Part shown: positions 1 to 8,706 of the stretch, one piece after another | Numbering within the stretch: the stretch's first letter is position 1 | Layout: each line of letters opens with the position of its first letter | Sequence record: PZ151149.1 | Length of the DNA: 64,000 nucleotides | Strand: one strand, 5' to 3' | Source of the DNA: a phage | Notes under the pieces: generated by a model | Seen by the model: the letters and a program-made list of their open reading frames with translations, nothing else | Told to the model about the DNA's origin: nothing | The model's database searches: none | Program-made: the position numbers and the translations under genes

Positions 1-189
1 TTTCTTTTCAAGGTAGTCAATCACGCAATCTTCAACGCTATTAAATGGAAAACGTGACTCTTTCTGCCATCGTTCACATGACCGTACAAACTCGTGTGTA
101 TTCTTAGATGCCAGTGTCAGATCATGCACAGCGCACCCATTAAGCATAGCAACCAAAGCCGCAAGACCAATCAGTTTAATCATTTTCAT
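1..189 (-). CDS. putative lipoprotein, N-terminal part only (gene runs off window start)
   Basis: ATG at 189..187 overlaps stop of upstream gene (ATGA); N-terminus MKMIKLIGLAALVAMLNGC has signal peptide plus lipobox LNGC. Confidence 0.35.
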   Translation of the reverse strand, partial: MKMIKLIGLAALVAMLNGCAVHDLTLASKNTHEFVRSCERWQKESRFPFNSVEDCVIDYLEKK

Positions 190-1010
190 TTAGTCACCTC
201 ACCGAAAATTGTAAATTGTCTACGATTCTCATCGCCGAAAGATTCTACTACGTCGTTTACCTTGACGCAAGTCCCGCGCGGTAAAATTACTTCACATTCG
301 CAAGGGTTCCATGCAATTGACCCAACAACAAAACCTTTATGATCTTTTATGTCAATTACCCATGATACATTACAAGAATGTTGCATCTTTCCGGTCATTG
401 ATTCATATCGATTCTCACAATAAAGGCTAGTGCTGTTTGATAGCCATCCTCCAAAGATGATCGGTGTCATGCTGGTAGATACAAAGTTTTTAAAGGTAAA
501 CTCCTTATCTTCAATGATACGCTCTATTGTCTGAATGTCAAGATGTTGACCGCGATAAAGAGTACCGTTTAACTTTTCGGTTTTATCCATGACGCAATCC
601 ATCAAATCGACAATCTCTGATATCTCATCGGTCATGTCTTCTTCCCCTAAGAGAGCACCATTTACCCATTCGTATTGTTCAGACACATAATCACAGATTG
701 CATTATATTCTGCTGGGGTTATGTTGTTATGTTTGTAATGTTTGAATACATTATCTCCAAAGTCTTCGGAGTGTACTTCATACATCACATTAATGATTTT
801 CTTGACAAATCCATAATCTTGTGTCTCGCGCTCAAGGAAGCGGATAACCTTCACATAATCATCAAAGTTAATCTGATCGCTGATCATCTCAGTGATCATG
901 TAGCCATTAATCCCCTCAATGTCATATGTTTCGATGTAATTATCCATACGTTCCATCATTGATTCGCGTGATTCTTCTGAAAGACGAAAATCCTGTAATT
1001 GTTTGAACAT
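186..1010 (-). CDS. Alt-like ADP-ribosyltransferase paralog (274 aa)
   Basis: ORF with GGGAGG SD; R-S-ExE motifs (LYRG ... FVSTS ... ECEVILPRG) closely parallel those in the adjacent Alt protein. Confidence 0.6.
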   Translation of the reverse strand: MFKQLQDFRLSEESRESMMERMDNYIETYDIEGINGYMITEMISDQINFDDYVKVIRFLERETQDYGFVKKIINVMYEVHSEDFGDNVFKHYKHNNITPAEYNAICDYVSEQYEWVNGALLGEEDMTDEISEIVDLMDCVMDKTEKLNGTLYRGQHLDIQTIERIIEDKEFTFKNFVSTSMTPIIFGGWLSNSTSLYCENRYESMTGKMQHSCNVSWVIDIKDHKGFVVGSIAWNPCECEVILPRGTCVKVNDVVESFGDENRRQFTIFGEVTK

Positions 1011-1034
1011 TTTAAACCTCCCATATAACAGAAA

Positions 1035-1062
1035 ACGGGGCTAGTATAAAACTAGTCCCCGT
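1035..1062 (-). terminator. GC-rich hairpin terminator downstream of alt
   Basis: CGGGGCTAGT-ATAAA-ACTAGTCCCCG perfect stem followed on minus strand by U-rich run. Confidence 0.5.
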
Positions 1063-1088
1063 TTGAGTCAACCATTATTTCTTAAAAA

Positions 1089-3140
1089 TTACATTTTAAA
1101 TTTATCCGGCATTGCGTCTACAGATACCAGATCAGCGATAAGCTGACGTAGAGTTGCCTTATCTGCTTTCTTACGTTCGGTTTTAGCTTCGCTAATGAAG
1201 CTGGAGAAAGACAGGTCAGAAGCAGGTTTAACAACACCTTCACGGATGAATGCATCACCGTCCGCGATCATCTCGCCAGATTCTTGTAATGCTGCCAGTT
1301 CATTTTTGTTCATAATATGTGCCTCAATGTAATAAGTTTCTTGTGAATCCGTCGATGCCGTAGCACGAGTTACCGTATCAAAGGATAACACAACACCGCG
1401 AGGAAGTAAAATCTCGCATTCTTTGTAAGCAAATGCTTTGTTACCTACTGGCAATACAGGGATGTTTTCCGCGCCAGCAATGGAGAAAGCAACATTAGCG
1501 CCACCTTCACCGCGAGAGCCAGCCATAGAATCAACACCAGCAACGGCACTAGCCACGTTTGCATTCCAGCCGCCAAAAATGTTAGGTGCAAGGGAAGTGC
1601 TCACATAGTTTTTAAAGTAAAACGCTTTTTGCTTACGTGCAGTTTCCCACATTTGCGACCGGAAGTCCATACCACGATACAGAATAGTACCCGGATCAAG
1701 TTTAACGCCATAGTTGGAGAAGGCATTATCCAGTGCATCACACATCTTGACCAATTCTTCTGGATCTGCGATGCCTTCAAACTCTTCCAGCTTACGGTCG
1801 GTTAGGAAGTTGTTCATATTGATGTATGCTGCATCGGCATATTCGCTCAACACAAAACCTTCCGCGCCTGGCAGATCAAGATCAATATCTGCCATCATTT
1901 CACCCATGTTGCTAGCAATTGCTTCAAACATACCGGAAGCAACATTACGTAGGGCATCGGTTTTGATCTGGGTGATATGACTACGCAGCATTTCAGCTTT
2001 TACATCTGCTGGCATAGACTGGTCTACTCGATCCATTGCCAGGGCGGTGATCTTGTTTTCGAATACTTCCTCGCTCATGATTTCTTTTAAGCGTTTGATT
2101 GATGCTGCGATAACTTCCGCAGACAACGGATCATATTGATCCTGAACTTTTACCAGTTCGCTTACTGCGTATTTTGCATCGGCTTCGCTTTCAAAAATAG
2201 TACGCATGAAACCATAGCGAGTGATAATATCACTTGTCCAGTCATTCAGAGAACGGGCGGTTGAACGTTCTAAGGCTTGACGGTCAATCAGAGTATTAAA
2301 CTGTTTCTTAGGTTCTGCTTCGGTGATATCTTCTTCCGGTTTAAGATTAATTTTTTCTGGATGATTCACATAGTCGCTGTTATAGGTCGCTTGAGTTTTC
2401 AGCATTTCTTCTTTAGTCAAACGAGATTTAGCCGCTACGCGTTGTTCTGCTTCCGCGTTTCGTTCTTCTTCTGACACAAGACTAGCCGCATATGCTTCAT
2501 CTTTAGTCAGAGATTCGCCAGTAGCTTTAGATACCCAGCGATCACCTAAATCACTTTCTACTTTAGTGAACAAGGATTCATCAAGTTTAATCCCTTTAAT
2601 CTTATCAATCGCCATCCCGCGACGTTTGACAACAACTAAAGCGATCTTTTTGCTGGTCATTACTTCCTGCTGGAATACTTCAAACTTCGGTGTACGACGC
2701 ACCAAACGCTCTATAACGCGCTTAACCAGTTCGGTCTTACCTTTCATGCGGGATACGTTAAAACGGAACATAACAGCGTCTAATTGCGCTTTACGTGCTG
2801 TTTCCATAACCACATCAAAAGCACTTGCCATAACTGCAATCGGGTTATCGCCTAGACCATTTTTAAGCTGTACAATACGACCGCTTTTGTTCATTTCGCA
2901 CAGTACAACATGTGCGGTCTTGTCACCCATACGAATGATTTTAGGTGTTTTGTTGGTGAAGTTACAAAGACGGACAATCACATCTTTATCGCGTGTCTGT
3001 ACTGCAAAAAGCTGTTTAGGATTCTGCTTAGGCTTTAAGCACTGTACCGGGGCAATACTACCAAAGTTTTCTTCCTCTTCCGTCAACAGCCATTTCTCGA
3101 AAGATTCAATCATTAGATCGTCGATTTCTAAGTTAAACAT
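1089..3140 (-). CDS. alt: ADP-ribosyltransferase Alt (683 aa)
   Basis: Length matches T4 Alt (682 aa); ART signature YRG ... YVSTS ... ECEILLPRG; SD GAGGA before ATG. Confidence 0.8.
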   Translation of the reverse strand: MFNLEIDDLMIESFEKWLLTEEEENFGSIAPVQCLKPKQNPKQLFAVQTRDKDVIVRLCNFTNKTPKIIRMGDKTAHVVLCEMNKSGRIVQLKNGLGDNPIAVMASAFDVVMETARKAQLDAVMFRFNVSRMKGKTELVKRVIERLVRRTPKFEVFQQEVMTSKKIALVVVKRRGMAIDKIKGIKLDESLFTKVESDLGDRWVSKATGESLTKDEAYAASLVSEEERNAEAEQRVAAKSRLTKEEMLKTQATYNSDYVNHPEKINLKPEEDITEAEPKKQFNTLIDRQALERSTARSLNDWTSDIITRYGFMRTIFESEADAKYAVSELVKVQDQYDPLSAEVIAASIKRLKEIMSEEVFENKITALAMDRVDQSMPADVKAEMLRSHITQIKTDALRNVASGMFEAIASNMGEMMADIDLDLPGAEGFVLSEYADAAYINMNNFLTDRKLEEFEGIADPEELVKMCDALDNAFSNYGVKLDPGTILYRGMDFRSQMWETARKQKAFYFKNYVSTSLAPNIFGGWNANVASAVAGVDSMAGSRGEGGANVAFSIAGAENIPVLPVGNKAFAYKECEILLPRGVVLSFDTVTRATASTDSQETYYIEAHIMNKNELAALQESGEMIADGDAFIREGVVKPASDLSFSSFISEAKTERKKADKATLRQLIADLVSVDAMPDKFKM

Positions 3141-3186
3141 TTTATATCCTCTAGTTGATAACCTATAAACCTATATTTATGAAAAC

Positions 3187-3210
3187 GGGGCTTAACGCCC
3201 CCTTTTTATT
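3187..3210. terminator. hairpin GGGGC-TTAAC-GCCCC flanked by T-runs on both strands
   Basis: Palindromic GC stem with CTTTTTATT on plus and U-rich sequence on minus; sits between small-gene operon and alt. Confidence 0.4.
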
Positions 3211-3421
3211 ATAATGCACCATCGAGCAATTGCTCTAAGGTGTATCCTGAATAGTCTTTTTCAATCAGGATATATTTTCCTACTCGTTTAATACAACCGC
3301 GCATTTCAACGTATTCTGCGTAGTTGATGGTACGAGTTGTTCCATCTTCCAGTAATGCAGTACCGATTTCGTTAATGCGGTCATAAGTTACGTCGGTAAT
3401 GATGATTTCGATGTTAGCCAT
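3209..3421 (-). CDS. hypothetical small protein (70 aa)
   Basis: Internal ATG at 3421 preceded by AAGGAG SD and conserved promoter cassette; track ORF 3209..3514 starts upstream of the promoter. Confidence 0.5.
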   Translation of the reverse strand: MANIEIIITDVTYDRINEIGTALLEDGTTRTINYAEYVEMRGCIKRVGKYILIEKDYSGYTLEQLLDGAL

Positions 3422-3456
3422 TTGATACTCCTTAGTAGTTCGTTTCGGTATGGGTG

Positions 3457-3486
3457 TATTATGATATACACCCGATCTTATGTCAA
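3457..3486 (-). promoter_or_regulatory. sigma70-type early promoter cassette
   Basis: TTGACA (3486..3481), 17-18 nt spacer, CATAAT/ATAATA -10, then conserved UTR and AAGGAG SD. Confidence 0.6.
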
Positions 3487-3492
3487 CACTTT

Positions 3493-3771
3493 TTATAAAA
3501 TAATTTTTTGACATTTTTCTATGATGTTCGTGTAAGTCACATCAACCGCTAGCACCGTTGCTTCGAATCCACCGTTTAGCCAATGGCTATGATCTTTTTC
3601 GTCAAAGAAGCCGAGGCCAATACGAAGACCTTCCTTATATTCTGCGCGTACATTTAAATCATCGTCGATAAACAGATAAAACCATGAATTTTTACTAGGA
3701 TTGATGATACAACCTTTCAGATTAGGGAGAATATCACGACTAAGAATAAACTTATCACCTACTTTGAGCAT
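3493..3771 (-). CDS. small protein, HxHW/AVDV paralog family member A (93 aa)
   Basis: ATG at 3771 with GAGGAAA SD; C-terminal motif HSHWLNGGFEATVLAVDV shared with four neighbouring ORFs. Confidence 0.5.
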   Translation of the reverse strand: MLKVGDKFILSRDILPNLKGCIINPSKNSWFYLFIDDDLNVRAEYKEGLRIGLGFFDEKDHSHWLNGGFEATVLAVDVTYTNIIEKCQKIIL

Positions 3772-3785
3772 AATATTTTCCTCAC

Positions 3786-4094
3786 TTATAAAGTTTGACC
3801 GTTGTTTTTCGCGTAATGCTGAATGCGTGCTTGATCTGCTTCCGCTGGTGATAGATTCCATGCGATCACTACAACTTCTGACGCATCGTCATCCGTTTTT
3901 GATACCCAATGATTGTGATTCATACAATTGTTTGCTATCGCGTGAGCAAATGATCTCATTACCGGAGACGTATAATCATAGTAACGGATTTTCAGATTTT
4001 CATCAACGTACAAGTAGATCGTATACGGCTTATATTCAGTAACCAGTAACAGACAGTTACGCAATTCTGGGAAAATCTTTTTAGTTAATTTCAT
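3786..4094 (-). CDS. small protein, HxHW family member B (102 aa)
   Basis: ATG at 4094 with GAGGA SD directly after stop of upstream gene; motifs IYLYVDENLKIRYY and NHNHW. Confidence 0.5.
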   Translation of the reverse strand: MKLTKKIFPELRNCLLLVTEYKPYTIYLYVDENLKIRYYDYTSPVMRSFAHAIANNCMNHNHWVSKTDDDASEVVVIAWNLSPAEADQARIQHYAKNNGQTL

Positions 4095-4095
4095 T

Positions 4096-4314
4096 TTATA
4101 ATCCTCGGTCGCGGCTATAGTACACGGTACGCCATACAATTTCATGTTTCGTGTCGCTCCAGCACACGATCTCATTTACTCTTAAATCTTTGTTATCAAC
4201 AAAAGATGAACATTGTGACGCTTCTTTCATCATTTTATCTGCTGTTTTCTCATCAAATACAGCACAGATTTCTTTATACACTCGATAATCTTTGAATTGA
4301 CTCTGGATACCCAT
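4096..4314 (-). CDS. hypothetical small protein, FKDY/KMM paralog 1
   Basis: ORF in track; start uncertain (TTG 4335, ATG 4326 or ATG 4314); paralogous to 4274..4531. Confidence 0.4.
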   Translation of the reverse strand: MGIQSQFKDYRVYKEICAVFDEKTADKMMKEASQCSSFVDNKDLRVNEIVCWSDTKHEIVWRTVYYSRDRGL

Positions 4315-4531
4315 AATTAACACCATTCCAACCAATTGTTTTTGAGAAAACGTTTATCCACTGTTGAGTGTAACATGTTTCTTTCCATGATACAATACGA
4401 GTAGAATAATGGTTTTTGTTTCCAGAAAAGGACGGGCATTTTGATGCATCTTCCATCATCTTTTCGGCGAACTCTGGTTCGTATACTCGCAAGATCTGTT
4501 GATATGCTTTGTAGTCTTTAAATTTGCTCAT
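4274..4531 (-). CDS. hypothetical small protein, FKDY/KMM paralog 2 (85 aa)
   Basis: ATG at 4531; shares FKDYxxYxxI ... KMM(K/E)(E/D)AS(Q/K)C(S/P)SF with neighbour. Confidence 0.5.
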   Translation of the reverse strand: MSKFKDYKAYQQILRVYEPEFAEKMMEDASKCPSFSGNKNHYSTRIVSWKETCYTQQWINVFSKTIGWNGVNYGYPESIQRLSSV

Positions 4532-4796
4532 AATCGTTAACTACCTTATCAGCTTCTTTTATTGTTTTTACATCAACTGCGATAACTCGTAAAGGTTCGT
4601 CATGGTTCCACCAGTGGTCATGAATATCAGCTTGTGATTTATCACCAAAGGAATCACTAATATCATTTTTACATTTATAGCTAATATGGCCTTCATAGTC
4701 AACATAAAGGTAATTATCGAAAATCGGCGTTTTTAAGATCATACCGAAAAATCTTTCTTTGTGTGTCTTATCCAGTGTTGCAGTAATTCGCATCAT
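4518..4796 (-). CDS. small protein, HxHW family member C (92 aa)
   Basis: ATG at 4796 with AGAGGA SD; motifs NYLYVDYEG and HDHWWNHDEPLRVIAVDV. Confidence 0.55.
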   Translation of the reverse strand: MMRITATLDKTHKERFFGMILKTPIFDNYLYVDYEGHISYKCKNDISDSFGDKSQADIHDHWWNHDEPLRVIAVDVKTIKEADKVVNDYEQI

Positions 4797-4808
4797 AATA
4801 TATTCCTC

Positions 4809-4988
4809 TTAGAAAGGGATGGTCATTTCTTGAGCTTGTACATTCTCGTTAGGATTAAACTTCATCCAACCGATATTGTCTACCAGCATATGTACATTTT
4901 TATCATATCCTACGTGAGTAGTCAACACTAAATGTGCTTTACCTTCAACGATGATTTCCATGTACTTCTGAACTTCGATAGCTTTCAT
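4809..4988 (-). CDS. hypothetical small protein (59 aa)
   Basis: Below track cutoff; ATG at 4988 follows conserved promoter/UTR/GGAGAA SD cassette; hand translation MKAIEVQKYMEIIVEGK... Confidence 0.45.
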   Translation of the reverse strand: MKAIEVQKYMEIIVEGKAHLVLTTHVGYDKNVHMLVDNIGWMKFNPNENVQAQEMTIPF

Positions 4989-5020
4989 TTTGATTCTCCG
5001 TTTGTTGTCTTGATGGGAGT

Positions 5021-5049
5021 ATCTTACTACTCCCTTTAATCATTGTCAA
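5021..5049 (-). promoter_or_regulatory. sigma70-type early promoter cassette
   Basis: TTGACA (5049..5044), 17 nt spacer, TAAGAT -10 (5026..5021). Confidence 0.6.
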
Positions 5050-5052
5050 CGA

Positions 5053-5220
5053 TTATTTGTTAATTTCCGGTGCGTTGCTTGGATAGTAGCCTTCTTTAAC
5101 ACCAAGATATTTTGCAACCATTCCGGTGATCTTCTGTGCTACTACGATATCGAATTTCAGGTAGTCTTCACCGTGGTTTGCTACAATGTATGCTTCGCAT
5201 TCTGCTTTAGTCTGGAACAT
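5053..5220 (-). CDS. hypothetical small protein (55 aa)
   Basis: ATG at 5220 with AGGAGA SD downstream of promoter cassette; track ORF 5053..5307 extends upstream through the promoter. Confidence 0.45.
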   Translation of the reverse strand: MFQTKAECEAYIVANHGEDYLKFDIVVAQKITGMVAKYLGVKEGYYPSNAPEINK

Positions 5221-5254
5221 TTTTGATTCTCCTATATCTCGTTGGTATGTGTGT

Positions 5255-5283
5255 AGTATAGGGGATCGGTGATCCCCTGTCAA
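5255..5283 (-). promoter_or_regulatory. sigma70-type early promoter cassette
   Basis: TTGACA (5283..5278), 17 nt spacer, TATACT -10. Confidence 0.55.
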
Positions 5284-5290
5284 CAACTTT

Positions 5291-5806
5291 TTATTCTTCA
5301 TCTTCATTTTTATCTTTATATGCGTACTTCATAAATTTGTCTGCTACTTTGTCCGCGTTTTCAGGTTCTACGTCTGACGCTAGGACAACAGCTAGTTCGG
5401 TTTTGTCGTTTCCATCATACCAATGATTATGAGTGTCGTTTTCTTCGATATAAAACGAATCAGTTGGAGCTGTGCGACAATATACGTCTAAATTACCATC
5501 GATATAAAAGATCCAATCCGAATACAAAATGATTGTTTTAGCCAGATTTTTATTGTCTCTTACAAAAGGTTCCGCGACAAATAGCTTAGTTTGTTCCATA
5601 ATATTTTCCTCAAAATTATACAGCTTCGTAAACTTCCCAATGTCAACACCAGCACGCTTAACGAAAAGGTTTTCTTTGATGTTATTCATAAACGTCTGGA
5701 TGGATTTAATGCGGTTGGAAGGTTTCCAGTCTTCGTTAGCATTGCGACGATACATCATGACATTACCAGTTTGCTTATATTCAGCAACCATTTTAAGACC
5801 ACACAT
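5291..5806 (-). CDS. small protein, HxHW family member D with N-terminal extension (171 aa)
   Basis: ATG at 5806 with GAGGA SD; motifs DWIFYIDGNLDVY and HNHWYDGNDKTELAVVLASDV. Confidence 0.55.
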   Translation of the reverse strand: MCGLKMVAEYKQTGNVMMYRRNANEDWKPSNRIKSIQTFMNNIKENLFVKRAGVDIGKFTKLYNFEENIMEQTKLFVAEPFVRDNKNLAKTIILYSDWIFYIDGNLDVYCRTAPTDSFYIEENDTHNHWYDGNDKTELAVVLASDVEPENADKVADKFMKYAYKDKNEDEE

Positions 5807-5855
5807 AATATTATCCTCAATTTGTGGGAGAGTATTACCCCTCCCAATGATTGTT

Positions 5856-5884
5856 ATATTACATCACACAAAATGGCGTGTCAA
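5856..5884 (-). promoter_or_regulatory. possible early promoter
   Basis: TTGACA (5884..5879) with TAATAT-like -10 about 17 nt downstream; overlaps 3' end of upstream gene. Confidence 0.35.
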
Positions 5885-6196
5885 TGCTTCTTTTGCGGTT
5901 CCGCTAAGACTTTCGATCTCTCCTGGCATAACATCAACCGCCAGAACTTCTACAACATCCTCTGTTCCTAACCAGTGAGTATGACCTTTGTAGAACTTGA
6001 TGGCCATATTTCCTTCTTCGTCCCATTTAACGCCCCATTTAACGTTATCACTAGCCCACCACACATCACCGTCGATAAAGTTGATGTAAAGCACACTACG
6101 CCACATTGAATTAGTTACTTTCAATACTGCGCCTTTCATCTCTTCCACGGTGTGGTCTTCCATTTTGAAGACCTCGCCTACCTGAACTTTTGCCAT
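5864..6196 (-). CDS. small protein, HxHW family member E (110 aa)
   Basis: ATG at 6196 with GGAG SD right after stop of upstream gene; motifs LYINFIDGDV and HTHWLGTEDVVEVLAVDV. Confidence 0.55.
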   Translation of the reverse strand: MAKVQVGEVFKMEDHTVEEMKGAVLKVTNSMWRSVLYINFIDGDVWWASDNVKWGVKWDEEGNMAIKFYKGHTHWLGTEDVVEVLAVDVMPGEIESLSGTAKEALTRHFV

Positions 6197-6197
6197 G

Positions 6198-6464
6198 TTA
6201 CATGCTCCGAATATGTTTAGCTGCATCTTCCAGTTCGTCGATAGTGACACTGTGTGCCAGTAAGTGTACTGGTTGTGGTTCTTCGCCTTCCATAGTATTG
6301 ATCAGATGACCATTTCCTGGGTGGAATGTATCGTTGCCGTTCCAAATAGCATACACATCATCTTCTGTTACATAGATAATAAGTCCAATCGGTGATTCTG
6401 GTAATTGAAAAATTTTACCCACTGCATCTTTGCGATTGTCTACGATATCTTTTACTGTCTTCAT
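6198..6464 (-). CDS. hypothetical protein (88 aa)
   Basis: ATG at 6464 with GAGAGG SD; in operon downstream of promoter at 6698..6727. Confidence 0.5.
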   Translation of the reverse strand: MKTVKDIVDNRKDAVGKIFQLPESPIGLIIYVTEDDVYAIWNGNDTFHPGNGHLINTMEGEEPQPVHLLAHSVTIDELEDAAKHIRSM

Positions 6465-6483
6465 TTAGTTACCTCTCGTTAAA

Positions 6484-6663
6484 TTACATCACAATCACGC
6501 CAGCCGTAGAAAGTTGATGTTTCAACTGAGCATTTTCTGCTACCGTCAAATCAATGATTTCCTGTGACGCTGCAATCATATAGCCATTGGTGATATTGTT
6601 TTGCATCAGTTCAATGGTTTCTTCGTTGTAGCGGATTTTAGCGATGATTTCGTTGAAGTTCAT
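6484..6663 (-). CDS. hypothetical small protein (59 aa)
   Basis: Below track cutoff; ATG at 6663 follows promoter cassette and AGGAGA SD; hand translation MNFNEIIAKIRYNEETIELMQ... Confidence 0.45.
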   Translation of the reverse strand: MNFNEIIAKIRYNEETIELMQNNITNGYMIAASQEIIDLTVAENAQLKHQLSTAGVIVM

Positions 6664-6697
6664 GTTTGATTCTCCTAGTTCGTTTCGGTATGTGTGT

Positions 6698-6727
6698 ATT
6701 ATAGGGGAGTTTAACCTCCCCTGTCAA
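6698..6727 (-). promoter_or_regulatory. sigma70-type early promoter cassette
   Basis: TTGACA (6727..6722), 18 nt spacer, TATAAT (6703..6698). Confidence 0.6.
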
Positions 6728-6740
6728 CAACTTTTTTGAA

Positions 6741-7217
6741 TTATTTTTCTTGATGCTCGCGCTCGTACTTTTCGAAATAAAATTCTACTGGCTGATCGTG
6801 GATTGAAAGCAAGCCAAAGCGTTTAGCCGCACGTAATCCCATGTTACGTTGAATGTACTTCTGGAAGTTCTCGCGTATACACTTACGCCAGTATTCTAAG
6901 CCCATACAGCTTTTATAAAGATTGCATTGCACACACGCCGGATTCATGTTATCAAGTATATCATGTTCCGGTTTATGCATTCCTACAACCTTATACTTCC
7001 ACGATCCATCATCATTACGGGCAATTCGTCCATTTTCATCATAGACTACCTTTGAGCGTCGCAATACTGGTTTGATGTGGTCTGCGTGCCAGCGATCCCC
7101 TAGTTCCTCGCCACAATAGGCACAACGTCCACCATATTTCATTTTCAGGATCTGGCGTTGCTCTTTCTTTGACAATTTTTTAGGTTTAGGGGCTTTCGCC
7201 CCTTCATTATCACACAT
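6741..7217 (-). CDS. HNH endonuclease (158 aa)
   Basis: CAYCGEEL ... HADHIKP ... N ... CVQCN: His-Me finger with two CxxC pairs; overlaps ligase stop. Confidence 0.6.
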   Translation of the reverse strand: MCDNEGAKAPKPKKLSKKEQRQILKMKYGGRCAYCGEELGDRWHADHIKPVLRRSKVVYDENGRIARNDDGSWKYKVVGMHKPEHDILDNMNPACVQCNLYKSCMGLEYWRKCIRENFQKYIQRNMGLRAAKRFGLLSIHDQPVEFYFEKYEREHQEK

Positions 7218-8706
7218 CGAATACCTCTTTTACTGTATTTGCAGTGGTCTTGTCGTAGCGAATACGTTTGATGATCGGGAGAAATAAAGAGAACTCCGGT
7301 TCATCTTCTTTACGTGATTTGCTTCGAATGTACCCGTTGCATGTCATCTCAATGACTTTTCCAATCAGGTTATGACGGTCAGCCCATAACATTTCTCGGT
7401 CGAGTTCATTTCGACGATCGAACGGAATTACACGTTCAATACCATCATCACCTTTTTCGGTTGTGGTGTCGGTTAATCCCGATCCGGTGTTAGTCATCAT
7501 TCGTCCGCACGCACTACGGACAGTAAAACCGCCTACCTTATTAGGATCTTTACTATGCGGATATACATCAACAATTTCAGCGTCGAAGTCAATCACTTCT
7601 TTAAATTTAACCTGGTCTTTACTGCGACGATCTTCAAATACACCATGTAAATTTTTAAGGATAATACCTTCTAAGCCCATGTTTACATAGCGATGATATA
7701 CTTCGCGAGCTTCATCGATATTGTTAACTACAGTATTTTCGATTATCTGAACACGAGGATCGTTAAGTTCTTCAACAATCTGTTTTAGTTCTTCGAATCG
7801 ATCTTTATATTGCTTCGTGGCTTTCTCGTTTCCGTAATACACATCACGGTCGATAACATCCCAGACAGTATAAACAATACATTGGGCTTCTTCTTTTGGA
7901 ATAGTTCCTTTAAGTGATTTGTTGAGGATACCATTTCCGGTCTGACGGTCTGCAACAACGGATTCTTTTACTGCTTCCGCTACTGGCGTTAATGGCATTT
8001 CCTCTTCTTCAAATATCCATGACAGAGTACCATCATAAACGCTCTCAACGAAGTTCTGCGCTGGTGTTTGCGAAAGGGTAGGCATATATACCAATTCGCC
8101 ATCTAGAACAATTCCACGGCCTCGTAGACGCTCTAAAACCGCAAACAAATCATCAAGTCCCTGATAGGTATTACCTGAACGGGTATAGATTGCTAATGTT
8201 TCCCCGTCAATATCAGCCATACCACGAGCACCATCGCTTTTAAGTTGTGCATACGCCGGATACTTGATATTAGCAATAGTCTTATCAGAACATGACGATG
8301 CAAGGTGACACGGTTGCTGGGGGATCAGTTTCTTCCACACCTTGTTTGCAGTGGTAGCGGAACAACCACACTCCAGATCACGATTCAGGACCATCATTGC
8401 AACTTTAGCATCATCCTCTGACAAGCAAGTCAGAGTATCGGTAACTAGCTGTAATGCTGCATTACCAGTTATTTGACGCGTGGCAAGTTTATTTTTAAAG
8501 ACCTGTAATGCGCCAGATAAAGACAATACAGACGAATAGCGCGATGGTTTATCGTATTTCTTTACGCCGAACGTAACCTGTTTGCAATATGCCAGATAAA
8601 AGCATTCTTTAAGCGTTTCATTGCTTGCAGATTCTTTCAGGATCTTTTCTTTCAGCGATGTTTTGTCGGTCGCTGCAAGCTGGTTAATGATATTAAGAAT
8701 TGACAT
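7210..8706 (-). CDS. 30: ATP-dependent DNA ligase (T4 gene 30 type)
   Basis: About 498 aa; adenylation motif QLKSDGARG (KxDG); ATG at 8706 with GAGGTGA SD (track start 8712 is GTG). Confidence 0.85.
   Translation of the reverse strand: MSILNIINQLAATDKTSLKEKILKESASNETLKECFYLAYCKQVTFGVKKYDKPSRYSSVLSLSGALQVFKNKLATRQITGNAALQLVTDTLTCLSEDDAKVAMMVLNRDLECGCSATTANKVWKKLIPQQPCHLASSCSDKTIANIKYPAYAQLKSDGARGMADIDGETLAIYTRSGNTYQGLDDLFAVLERLRGRGIVLDGELVYMPTLSQTPAQNFVESVYDGTLSWIFEEEEMPLTPVAEAVKESVVADRQTGNGILNKSLKGTIPKEEAQCIVYTVWDVIDRDVYYGNEKATKQYKDRFEELKQIVEELNDPRVQIIENTVVNNIDEAREVYHRYVNMGLEGIILKNLHGVFEDRRSKDQVKFKEVIDFDAEIVDVYPHSKDPNKVGGFTVRSACGRMMTNTGSGLTDTTTEKGDDGIERVIPFDRRNELDREMLWADRHNLIGKVIEMTCNGYIRSKSRKEDEPEFSLFLPIIKRIRYDKTTANTVKEVFDV

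Noticed and set aside
2566-3168. 200-aa plus-strand ORF
   Set aside because: Lies entirely antisense to the alt gene (1089..3140), which has strong family motifs; low-complexity translation; treated as a shadow ORF.
3171-3182. Late promoter upstream of alt
   Set aside because: The minus strand reads CATAAATA, one mismatch from TATAAATA; Alt is a late protein in T4, but the match is inexact, so it is not reported as a feature.
3209-3514. Long N-terminal extensions in the ORF track (e.g. 3209..3514, 5053..5307, 17943..18173, 51135..51470)
   Set aside because: The track uses TTG/GTG and the first in-frame start; in these cases the extension runs through a promoter or terminator, and an internal ATG with a good Shine-Dalgarno is the more plausible start.
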